This document shows, piece after piece, positions 51,258 through 62,659 of a stretch of DNA of 64,000 nucleotides. The DNA lies in contig JASVEC010000001.1 in NCBI GenBank assembly GCA_030770535.1, positions 1,364,001-1,428,000 of the forward strand, read 5' to 3'. This stretch comes from Batkoa obscura. Lineage: Eukaryota. The position numbers and the translations under genes are program-made. The notes under the pieces are model-generated. The model was given only the letters and a program-made list of their open reading frames with translations, did not search any database and had not been told where the DNA came from. Position 1 is the stretch's first letter, and every line of letters starts with the position of its first letter.

Positions 51258-51682
51258 ATGAAATAAATTGAATTTATCTTTTTTTAAAAATACTTATGTT
51301 TTTTTTGTATATTTTATTTAACTATATAATTTGATTATAATATTAATACAACTAAGGATACAAATAATATGATATAATAATTAAAGTGAGAAGATAAATC
51401 ATTATTTAAAAAAAATAAGAGAATGCATTGAGAACCAATCTAAATCAATGAAATAAGTTGTAAATCAAACTGTTGAACAATAAAAACAGCAAAAAATTAA
51501 AAAAGAAGTTAAAAACCGTTATCTTTCCTTATAAAATGAATTTTTCGCTTAAAAATAAATATTTTTTTATATTAGACTATTGACTCAAATTATTACCCAC
51601 TTTTCTCATCCTCCTTTACCGTCCCCTTTCTTTCTCCTCTCCCCTTTTTTTCTAACCTAATAAATATAATTCTCCCTTTCCT

Positions 51683-53986
51683 TTAACTGTTCCTTTTAAC
51701 TGGCCTAGCACAAAATGGATGTAATAGTAATTCCTCTGCTGTTGGTCTTAAATCCGGTTGACTAATAAAAAAAATAATATTAACAAAAACTTTAAATTAT
51801 AAAATAAAATAGTTACACAATAAAACATTGTTTTAAAAAAGTTTCACAATCTTTGGTTAAATTTTCTGGTATTGGTGGAGCTGATTCATCAGTTAATTTA
51901 CCAAGCTAATATAATATGTTAATTAATTAATTGTTATTTCATTAAATAAATAACTATTATTATTATTACCCTATAAACAGCTGCTAATTCATTTAAATCT
52001 TTCCAAGGTCTTTTCCCAGTTACCATTTCAATTAATAAACACCCGACACTCCTATTTTTAAGGAAAATAAATATTATTAATTTCTTAACTTTTAAAAAAT
52101 AATTTAATTGATATTCTTACCAAATATCGACTTTAGCGCTATAACCTTGAGCTTTAACTACTTCGGGTGCCATCCAAAATACAGAACCTTTAAATGACAT
52201 TCTAGAATTACATTTATACGCTAAGGAATAATCCGATTTCTTAGATATTCCAAAATCCGAAATTTTACAAACCCCTTCATTATTAATTAATATATTCGCC
52301 GATTTAATATCCCTGTGTAATATATTTTTTTTATGTAAATAATCTAAACCTTTGAGAATCTGTCTTAATAAGGATGCTGAATACGCTTCTTCAAATGCCC
52401 CTTCTCTATTTAAAATAGACATAATAGATCCACCTGATACGTATTCTAAAAATATGTTGACTGCATTTAAATTGGCTTCAAATCCTAAGTATTGTACTAC
52501 ATGATCATGATCTAAATCTTTTAATAATTCAATTTCACTATATAAATCGGCAATAATTTGTTTTCTTTTTCTGCCCATACTTTTTTCACTTGGTAATTCA
52601 ATGACTTTTACTGCTATTACTTCCCCATTAAATGCATTTAAAGCATGAAATACTTTACCAAAAGAACCTTTTCCTATCATTTTACCTTTAATCCATTGAA
52701 TTTGATTACTTGATCTTTTTTCTAACATTAATAATTCGGATGGATAATTATCAATAATAACATCTTCTTTATCTTTATTATTATTAATAACTTCATTATT
52801 ATCATTATCATTATTAATTGTCATTTCTTTTTCTTTTTCTTTTTCTAATCTATCATTTTCAATAATTTTTTTTCTTAATAACTCTTTCTTTAAATCTTCT
52901 ACATTGTCGTCTAATTGCATAATTCTAGAACCCCAAAGCTTTGTTGATCTTCTAGATAAATTTAAACTTGATTTACGTTTTAATTGATTTTCTTGTACTA
53001 TCATACGTATACTTTTCTTTCTACCTAAGTTATTCTCTTGTAAATTAAATTTCTTAATTTCATTTTCTGCTTCAATTAAATTGACATCTTCAATTATTGG
53101 CTTATCTAAATCATGATCTGGGAAAAATTGATCTAAATTCGTTGAAATAACATCTGGACTGGGTCGATCTCCCCATAATTTAGCCCATGAAGGTAGTTCT
53201 TCTTCTTCTTCTTCTTTATTATTGCTATTATTATCGTTTTCAGGTTCTTGTGTAATTTCATCCTTTATATTTTTATCTTCGTTAACATCTTTTTCGATTT
53301 TTTTCATATTCTTAACAATTGGTTTTAATGGTTCAAAATGTTGGGATTTTTTACCTATTTTATTATGATTATTATTATAAGTTAAATAATATAATATAAT
53401 ATGTTATATTACCTTCACTATGATATTTTCTATGTGGTACTCTTGAAAGTCTTAATTTAATATAACCTTTATTGTCTGTTTTGGAACACAATAGCATTAA
53501 ATATCGTGGTGAAACAGTACGAGTTGATCCGTCTTCTAAAAATTCTTCAATTTGATAAGAGGAATCATTATCTTGACCAACTGTTTCTAATATTTTATGA
53601 TAAATTTCTTCTGTTGTTTTACAACCACCTATATTTACACTATAGCTACTACCTGTGTCCATAGAGACTTGAATAACTTGCTATTATATTATAAGTTTAA
53701 TATTTTATTTTATAAATTTAATTAAAATATATAAACTTACATTTTCATCAAATTTAAGATCTTCCTAAAATAAAAATAAAAAATTTAATATTTAAAAACT
53801 ATTATTAAATTAAATAATTGAGCTTACAGGACATGATAATTTTCTAGAATGTTTAGAAAATGGATTTAAAAATCCAGGTAATAAATGACTAAAAAAATTA
53901 GAATCTGGACTATTTATTTTTTTAGGCGAATTAGGTTTTTTATTAATATGCGTTGGTGATTGTGTTATAACTGGTGGTGGCAATAC

Positions 53987-54077
<91 letters not shown>

Positions 54078-55836
54078 GTTGATGATGTGATTAATAAATG
54101 AGGTGGTATATTCTCTGGTTTAGAAGATTGTCTTGGTGTTAATACAATTGAAGAAGGACTTGAAGGTAAAGGTGAAGGTAAAGTTAAATTTTTAGTTGGA
54201 AATTTATATTGTGAATCTTTTGGACTAGTATTTCCTATAGTAGAATAAGGTGTATTAATATTATCATAAAATAATGAAGATCTCCTTTGTGCTGATAACA
54301 TCCCATCTCTTTTAGTATTTCTTATATTAATACTAGAATCTTGTGATATTATATTTGTTATATTGTGTGGATTTGATCGCCAATTCATTTCTAAATTAAT
54401 CATTGATTCTTTCCTCGGATTAATAATTGGTTGAGATGAACTTTTTATTGAATGATTTTCAATAGTTTTATTTGTTGATATTATATCTTCAGAATTTATT
54501 GATGTTGGAGGTGAAGTTACTAATATTGATGTGTCATTAAGTAGAATATTATTGTTATTAGGAATTTCTATTGTATTGTTAAATTTATTACTGTTAATAT
54601 TAATATTTTCGTTATTTTGATTTAATATATTATCTTGTTTAAATAGATTTTGACTTATATTATAAACTGATTGATTATCCATATTATCATTGTCATTTTC
54701 TTTATCAGATTCAGGTTCATCAGCATATGTAGAAATAATTGAATAAATTTCATCATTTTCCAATGAAGTATCGTGATTTTTTTCTAATAATGGTAATCCA
54801 GGTGTATCGATAACATTTAATGGACTATCAAACCCTTCCGTTTCTTCTTGTAAACTAATTTGTTCCATTAATACTTCTTCTTTAATTTCCCTTAATGTTA
54901 ATTTTGTTTCAAAACTATCTTCTAGTGTATCTTCTAATAATGGGTCTTTAAAATAATTGAGTTTTAGTTATATAAAAATATTATATAAATTTACCTTCCA
55001 TAAAGCTATCAACTATAGGAGATGGAGCTACTTTAAGACTAGAAGGTGAACTAATTTTAGAATCAACAAAAGAACAATTAGCCATTGATAAAGGCGTTTT
55101 CATACCATCATTTGGCTTATAAATATCATTGATATCAGTCTACTTAAAGTCAATAAATCAATTAACAATAGATCAATTATAAATTACTTTAATAGTTAAT
55201 TTTTCCAACATGGTAAACTGTTTACGCATTGTTTTTAATAACCTTGAACGATCTTTGTAACTTTGTACGTCATAAGCCCTTAATACTTTATGATTTAAGC
55301 TCAAAAACATGGCTCCGAATATTTTATGATCTAAATAAAATAAATCATGGCTTGATTAATAATAAATCTTAATTACCTTGAAATAATTCAATAAAATCCT
55401 CCAATTGATTGTTTTCTAACCATTGTATTGTCCTTTTTAAATCCCAGTTAGATGGACTTAAATTATCAATCGTGTCATTAGAATTCATACATGAACTTTC
55501 TTCATTAGAATTTAATACTTTTGGGTGTGGTAGCTTATTTGGTGGGTTGTTAAAATAGCTTGGTGAAGTTGGTATAAATTGTGGACTAGTAAATAAACTA
55601 CCGTCATTATTACTGTTATCAATATCCATATTTAATTTAATGTTATCCACTTGCTTAGCTTCTTCTTCTACCATATTGCTTTTTATCCGTTCAGTATCCA
55701 ATTTACTTTCCAACCCATTGCTATTATTTAATAATTTATAACTCATTGTATTAATATCTTCATTTCGGTTTTTTTCCACTAAATTATCACTATGTAGTGA
55801 CATTTGGGGGTTCGGCATAGCTGCTGATAGATACAT
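51683..55836 (-). CDS. BCK1: Cell-wall-integrity MAP kinase kinase kinase (Bck1/Mkh1-like), multi-exon
   Basis: N-terminal SAM-like WDLKRTIQWLEN, Bck1-type WGDRPSPDVISTNLDQFFPDHDLDKPII, kinase WIKGKMIGKGSFG/HRDIKSAN/DFGISK/GSVFWMAPE. Confidence 0.88.
53990..54076 (-). repeat. Pure (AAT)29 microsatellite encoding poly-Asn in the MAPKKK
   Basis: 87 bp of uninterrupted ATT on the plus strand, in frame. Confidence 0.95.
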
Positions 55837-56599
55837 AAAATAAATTAATAAATTAAAATTGCTTTAAAAATATATAATTTAATAAAACTTTGCAATATAA
55901 ATAAATTTCAATGGAGTGGAAATTAGGATCACATTGCGTTTAATGCTTTTCTGCATGAATTCCAATTTTAGGGTCTTTTTTAGTTAATTTTTAACTTTTT
56001 AATTTTATTAATTTTTTATTTTTTTTTATTGTATTTTATTATTCATATATATATCGTTTTTTTATAGTATTAAATTAATTAAGAGGAGCTTTGTAATTTC
56101 AACTTATCTTGATTTATTAGACTCAAATAATTGAAATAATATAATGTTTTCTAAACTAACAGCTGCTATTTAAGTATTCTTATTTCAAATGCATTTTTAT
56201 AACATAGTTTTACTTACTCCTTTTATACGCTTTATTGTTTTAATTATATATCATTTTTTCTATACTTATTTTATCGCTATAGGTTAAAATTTCTTCAAAA
56301 AAATTATTGTATTGTTAAAAATCTATAATAATAAAAGGTTACTAAATGTTATAATAACTAAAAAGCTGCCCTTTTTTCATTAATAAATTATTATTATTAT
56401 TTTAATATTAAGTATTAAAATAATTTTAAAAAATACGTGCATGAAGCAGTATCTACAAAGGCTAAATATTAATGCATTGTAAGATCATATATTATTACTC
56501 TATATTAACAATATAATAACTACTACTCATTTCAAATAAAATAAGCAATAAATTAATAAAATAAACTGTAATAATTTCATTTCTTCTTTGATTTATTTC

Positions 56600-57340
56600 T
56601 TAATTTTCTTCATAATATTTAGCCAAAGCTTCTTTATATTGCTGTGATTCTTTACTATATTGTGAAACATATTTCTAATTAATAATAACAATCAATATTT
56701 AATTTATTTATAAAATCATTTAATTTTACCTGTTTAGTTTCACTATCAATCGTTTTCCATAAATTGCCAAGCTGAGTACCTTGTTCACCAATACTTAAAT
56801 GACCAAACTCATAATTAGTTTCATTTCTTTTATCTTTACAAAACAATAGATAAGCATTGACTGGTTTCTTAGGCTTATTACGGTCGACAACTTTTTTCAT
56901 CTTACGACCACCTTTTAGCCCTTTCTTTGTAATATCTTGATTATAAGCTTCCCTTTCTTCACTTGTAAGTTGCTTTTCCCAATCTTCTAACCTTTTCTCA
57001 TACTCTTTAGCTTCCATTTGATATTTCTCTTCATATTGGATCTTTTTACCACTATCTAATGACTTCCATTCTTCTGATAAATTGCTAATCACTTGTGTTG
57101 TACTCATACCACTATCTCGTCCTGTTTTTGGAAAATTTTCTCTTACAAATATTGTGTAAGCATTCCCTGGGCGCTTTGGACGCGCTGGGTAGTCTATAAT
57201 CCTGGGTTGAAATGAGTTTCAATATTATCTATAATTATTTTACCTTTGTTTTTTAAAGCCAAATTCGTAGTGTGAAATAAAGCACGATTAGTACAAGTTT
57301 TTATACTATTGAAATTGAACTTTGTTATTAAGTTTAGCAT
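56600..57340 (-). CDS. Mitochondrial tandem HMG-box protein (TFAM/Abf2-like), 3 exons
   Basis: Presequence-like MLNLITKFNFNSIKTCTNRALFHTT; HMG boxes PKRPGNAYTIFV...WKSL and PKKPVNAYLLFC...WKTI. Confidence 0.85.
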
Positions 57341-57508
57341 TTGTATTTTTTTTTAAAATAAAGGATTGTTTTTAAAAATGTAAATGGATTTTTTTGCTTT
57401 TCCTAGTTGTTGACGTGATAAGCCGCAAATAAAATTACTCTTTGCATTATTTTTTTCTCAAAAATTGCGTAAAACTTTTTAAAGAATAAGCTGAAGGATT
57501 GGGTTGAG

Positions 57509-57698
57509 GTAGCTGACTGTGATTAGTAGGGTTAACCACTTGAGTACACTGGACAAATATTGTTCATCAAGTTAGTCTCGACTAAGCAAAAATCACCCTT
57601 CAATAATCAAAAGATGGATCAAAGATTCCGATCCAATTGAACAGAATTTTTCGAGATCCTCAGTACTCAAAGGGTTAATTCAAAATTTCAGTTATTTT
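57509..57698 (+). ncRNA. Candidate structured non-coding RNA, family unassigned
   Basis: Four nested complementary segments (several G-U pairs on the + strand), two apical hairpins, ends in TTTT. Confidence 0.45.
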
Positions 57699-58268
57699 AA
57701 TTAATTACTGAAAGATTAAGTTGTTAGAATAGAATGTATTTTGAGGTGACTTTTAAAAGCTCTAGTAAATTTTATAATGATTTTAGATCAACTCTTCCAA
57801 ACTTAATAAAATCTGAGAAAAAAATAACAATTAAAAAAAATAAACGTGATTAGACACTTGATTTTACTCCCAAGTCATTTTGATAAGTTAATACTGTGAT
57901 CAAGCTATGGCGTTCAAGTTATATTAAATGCGCTTAGGATTTTAGTAAAATAATAATAAACATCTTAAGTTAAATGATTATCACAAATATTATTTATTCA
58001 CCATAATACCAAAGATAGGATAATGATGATTCTAAGTTTTAATTCACGAGTGCAATGTAAGTGTTGGAAATTTTACAGATGATCCTAAATCCTATTATCA
58101 AATTATATTAATAAAAGGGATCACTAGATATAAGGTCAATAATAGAATATAATGGTAATAGTCATTCCGCTTCAAAGGTGATGAATTCAAAGTATATAAG
58201 TAAAAGAAGGAATATCTCAAATAATATTATAAAAATTTAACTATTTTTACATTCCTTTAACGTTTAAT

Positions 58269-59687
58269 ATGAAACTTTCTTCTTTCCTCTTAGTAGTTAG
58301 TTTAGCTATCTCTAGCATCACTAGTCAAGCTCCAGCCAAAGTAGTAGTAGGTTACTTTTCTGATTGGACATTAGGTCAATACCCTGTTAGTGCCATTGAT
58401 TTCAGTAAAGTAACGCATATCAATTATGCTTTTGCTTTGTTTACTGATAATGAATTCAATCCAAAAATCGAAACCGAAAATACACTAAGAGATTTAGTAA
58501 CCAAAGCACATCAAACCAGTACCAAAGTATCTATCTCCATTGGTGGCTGGACAGGGTCCAAATATTTTTCCCCGATGGCCGCAGATGTCAATAAAAGAAA
58601 GCAATTTGTAGCCAATACAGTTGCCTTTGTAAACAAATTCAATTTAGATGGTATTGATGTAGATTGGGAATATCCTGGAAGAAACGGTGCTGAAGGAAAT
58701 ATTATATCTCCACAAGACACTGCTAACTTTTTATTGCTATTAAAAGAGTTACGTACAGCTTTGAGCAATAAATTGATTACCGCTGCTGTAAGAGCACAAC
58801 CATTTGATGGTCCAAATGGTCCATTGAACGATGTTAGAGCTTTTGTACCTTTATTTGACTGGCTTAATTTAATGTGTTATGATTTCAATGGTACTTGGGA
58901 AACAACTACTGGGCCAGTAGGTGGTTTAGATTATCAACCTGGTAAAGGGGCTCCGTTCTCTGTTAAACAAACTGTAAGAGATTGGAGTAATGCAGGGTTT
59001 ACTTATGATAAACTAGTCGTTGGTGTACCTTTCTATGGGTTTTCAGCAGGTGTTGGAGTCGATATGACAAATACAGATCAATATCAAAAAATCACTAATA
59101 CTAATTCACCGGGATATTCTTACAATGCTTTAATTACTCAAAAAATATTAAAATCTCCATTAGAGGCTAACAATGCTGCTGGTTGGATTAGAAAATTTGA
59201 TTCAATTACTCAAACTCCATGGTTGTTTAATAAGAATACGAAGACTTTCATTGCTTATGATGATATACAATCTTTGAAAGTAAAAACGGATTATGTAAGA
59301 TGTAATGGGTTAAGAGGTGCTATGTTATGGGCTATGGATAATGATTATCAACATCAATTACTTTCAGCTTTACAAAATGTTTATAATACGGATTCTTGTA
59401 ATCCTTCCACTACTTCAACTGTTACTTTAACTACTTCTACCGCTACTTCTACCGCTACTTCTACCACTTTAACTACTACTTCTATTACTACGTCTACTAC
59501 TTCTGCTACTTCAACTTCTCAAGGTCCTGAGCCAACTGGAAGTTGCCAAGATGGTTCCTATACTTGCGGTACAACTAAAGGATCCACTTATTATCAATGT
59601 GCACATAGTCAATGGATTAAGTTATCTTGTCCAGGTACCTCAGTATGTATACAAGCTGGTAACTCGATCTATTGTGGTAATCCTTAA
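58269..59687 (+). CDS. Secreted GH18 chitinase, paralog of 18641-20104
   Basis: LDGIDVDWEYP; colinear and highly similar to the first copy; intronless 472 aa. Confidence 0.96.
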   Translation: MKLSSFLLVVSLAISSITSQAPAKVVVGYFSDWTLGQYPVSAIDFSKVTHINYAFALFTDNEFNPKIETENTLRDLVTKAHQTSTKVSISIGGWTGSKYFSPMAADVNKRKQFVANTVAFVNKFNLDGIDVDWEYPGRNGAEGNIISPQDTANFLLLLKELRTALSNKLITAAVRAQPFDGPNGPLNDVRAFVPLFDWLNLMCYDFNGTWETTTGPVGGLDYQPGKGAPFSVKQTVRDWSNAGFTYDKLVVGVPFYGFSAGVGVDMTNTDQYQKITNTNSPGYSYNALITQKILKSPLEANNAAGWIRKFDSITQTPWLFNKNTKTFIAYDDIQSLKVKTDYVRCNGLRGAMLWAMDNDYQHQLLSALQNVYNTDSCNPSTTSTVTLTTSTATSTATSTTLTTTSITTSTTSATSTSQGPEPTGSCQDGSYTCGTTKGSTYYQCAHSQWIKLSCPGTSVCIQAGNSIYCGNP

Positions 59688-60053
59688 CTTAATTTATAAT
59701 AAAAAATAACTATTAGTTATCTTTGATAATCATAACTGTTTTTTGAAGTGCTATAGGCTTTTAAATGATTTATTATGGAATTAAAAAACTGTATAATAAT
59801 ATATAATATATACATAGTATTAAATAAAAGTAGATAATATTAAAACACTTTTAGTAGTAAAAGATAAAAAACAATTTCTTAATCAAAAACTTATACACTT
59901 TATTTTCAATTCTTGCTTAAAAATGCTCTTATTTTTTACTTATTATTTAAAAAGGCGAGTAGTCAAAAATATCTAAAAACTATCATTAAGTTCAAAAATG
60001 GCTTGAATCAAAAAAACGTCATTTGAATTAAAAGATAGAATTCTATTAAATGA

Positions 60054-60128
60054 CCTTAATCCTAATCCTAATCCTAGTCCTAGTCCTAGTCCTACCCCAA
60101 CTTTAACTTTAACCTTAACCTCAACCTT
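60054..60128. repeat. Degenerate hexamer microsatellite (CCTAAT/CCTAGT/CCTTAA)
   Basis: Directly visible; explains the VKVK/GLGL shadow ORF. Confidence 0.75.
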
Positions 60129-60202
60129 AGTTTTAATCAATATACTCAAATAAAACGGAATATGATATACCAAACTATATATTGATATTTAGTAAAAATA
60201 AT

Positions 60203-60301
60203 GAGAATGTTTTTTTTGGTTTCATTATTTTTTCCATTTTTTAAGCGCTATTTGAGCGGAAAGATTGTTAGTAAAATTCTTAAACAAAAAAATACATCCC
60301 T
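60203..60301 (-). mobile_element. ~97-bp MITE family copy
   Basis: Full-length similarity; TSD not preserved (taat/acat). Confidence 0.8.
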
Positions 60302-60485
60302 ACATCTTTATTGATCATTTTCTTGAAGTTTTTAATTAACTTACTTGAGTATTGTGAGCAAAACTAACTAAGTGTAAACTAAGTTGATTTAAAAAATGGA
60401 AGATTTTCTTTGAAATTGAAAATTTGAGGCATAATCGAAAACCAATCACTTACCTTTCTTTTTCAATTTTATCAATCTTAAAAAA

Positions 60486-62551
60486 ATGGAAGCTCAAAAA
60501 GCACAACTTATTGAAGCATGTTCACGGATTTTAAGTAGTGAAACCCGACTTACCAAACGACCACGACAAAGTCTCACATGGTCCGAATTAATAAGTAAAA
60601 TTACTATACTTGATTCGAGTTCTGGATTTCAAGAAACTAGTTTACGTTCATTGTTATTTCAATTTGCTTTAAAGGATTTGAATAGTTATTCACAATTGAT
60701 TATTGAATGGAGTTGGCATGAATTTACTAATGCAAAAGAAAGAGAATTAGGGGAAGTAGGTGTTACGGAAAACTATCGAATTGGGATGAGGAAATTGATT
60801 GAAGAATATTTACAATTGATTCAGGAAGATGATGTGGCATTGTTAGAGGTGTTAAATGGAGTACCTGTAATCTTGGAAGAGTTTTTGGAGAAATTGGAAT
60901 TGATTTGTACAGAAAGTTTAAAGTAAGTTGACACTTTTTTTAATAAAAAAATAAGATTTTAATTTTATTATAGATATAATGCAGGCTTAAAGATCATTAA
61001 ATCAATAACATTACATCGAGTGAAATTAAGAATTCAAAGTTTAAAATTATTAATTAAGTTTAGTTTATCATTGGATCAAGAATTGCGTTTATTAAGTATA
61101 TCTACACTCACTGATATTTACCACTCCCATCATGTTATTACTTCTTATTTGCAAACATTTACAAAAGAAAATTTAAGTTTTTTAATTAACACTTCAATAC
61201 AAGAACAAGACAATGAATTAGAACAAAATATAATTCATAGAATTGAGTTGTATTTAAATTTATGTGTTAAAGATAATGATTTATTAATGGATATATTTAA
61301 TTTATTTCCTCAATTAGATAGTAAAGTTCAAGAATTATTATTAAAATTAATAGAAGAAAAAGCGACTATGTTTAATAAACAACATTTGATTTTTATACAT
61401 TTGGTTTGTCAACCACCAAATGGAGCACAGGATTTGAGTTTAAAGGCATTATTGGGTTTTATTAAAGAGAAAGAAAAAGAAGGTAGATTAATTTTAAGGT
61501 TTTGATTGGAAATATATTAATATTAATATTAATATTGTTATTGTCTTTTTTCAATAGATTTATTACCGTTATTGAATGAATTAATTAAAACCTTTGAGTC
61601 AAATGCAAGTACATTAAAATTAATATTACCAGTATTGAAATATTATGAAAAGGTAAAATAAACATTAGGATTTAATAATAATAATAATAATAAAACAATT
61701 AATGGTTTAATTTAGGAACAACTTGAAAGTATAATTAGTCAATTAATTTATTATTTAAGTCAAGGTGAATTAAAAGATACATTCAATATGTTTTCTATTA
61801 TTATAAAAGATCAATTAATGCCCGTAGAACAAGTTATTTGTTTATTACATGATCCTAAGTTAGAAGTTAATAAAATGGGAGTTATTAAAGGTAGTTATTA
61901 ATATTATACTATAATCTATAAGAATAAGTGATTGATGATAATTTTATTTATTTATTTATTTATTTTAGCTTTAAAAATTTGTTTAAAAGATAATGTTAAT
62001 TATACACCTAATTTAATAATGGATAGTATTATTAAATTATTAGATTTTAAAAAATTACCTTTATTTTTTATGAGAACAGTAAGTTAAATTTATTTTACTT
62101 TATTATATTAATTAAATAAGAAGATTAATAATTAAATTTATTTAGGTATTAGAATTATTAAAATTATATCCTGAAAATAAACAAATATTAAATTGGACAC
62201 CAAGTTTATTAATGAAATTAGTACAAAAGAAGGTCTATTTAATGCCTACATTATTTGAAGGTTTTATTATGGTTTGTAATGTAAGTTATAAACAATAGAA
62301 TAATAATATTAAAACTAATTAATTTATTCTATTTTACTTTGACTTATATTGTTTTTTACTTCTAGATAATAGGTAATAGTTCCCATCCAATATTATTACA
62401 ATTACCCCGAGAGCCTTTAGAAAAAGTATTAAAACAATCCAATACTTTAAAACAAGCATTAACATTAAGAGTACAACAACATTTAAAATCCAATCCAGAT
62501 ACAAAACAAAGATTAAAGGATTTATTACCTTTATTTGAAATTGATCAATAA
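60486..62551 (+). CDS. Symplekin/Pta1-like protein (middle and C-terminal domains), multi-exon
   Basis: Late exons give KKLPLFFMRT/VLELLKLYP...LVQKKVYLMPTLFEGFIMVC...SHPILLQLPREPL, resembling the symplekin C-terminal domain. Confidence 0.72.
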
Positions 62552-62566
62552 AATTAAATTATTGTT

Positions 62567-62597
<31 letters not shown>

Positions 62598-62659
62598 TGA
62601 GAGATAGAATGATGAAGATATTGATAATAATGATATTATGAGTTATTGATTTCTTTAAT

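Noticed and set aside
5179..57340. Mating-type locus (homeodomain plus HMG genes in one window)
   Set aside because: The genes are 51 kb apart. The HMG protein has two boxes and a mitochondrial-type presequence, the homeodomain is Yox1-like, and no TPT/RNA helicase flanks are present.
57526..57535. Telomerase RNA template (TAACCCTA on the minus strand)
   Set aside because: Only 8 nt, on the strand disfavoured by G-U pairing, and no pseudoknot identified.
57489..57698. Naming the structured element SRP RNA, U3 or RNase P/MRP
   Set aside because: Diagnostic motifs (helix-8 GNRA with conserved internal loop, boxes A/B/C/D, CR-I/CR-V) were not found.
5091..58768. Short ORFs overlapping real genes (5091, 5274, 5303, 12526, 14667, 19647, 23814, 24462, 58511)
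   Set aside because: Shadow frames; the similarity of 19647 and 58511 simply mirrors the chitinase duplication.
3326..60173. Isolated 60-95 aa ORFs (3326, 17980, 20762, 23432, 26719, 27753, 28444, 31900, 39945, 43060, 59973)
   Set aside because: F/I/L/K/N-rich translations expected from AT-rich DNA or microsatellites, with no motifs.
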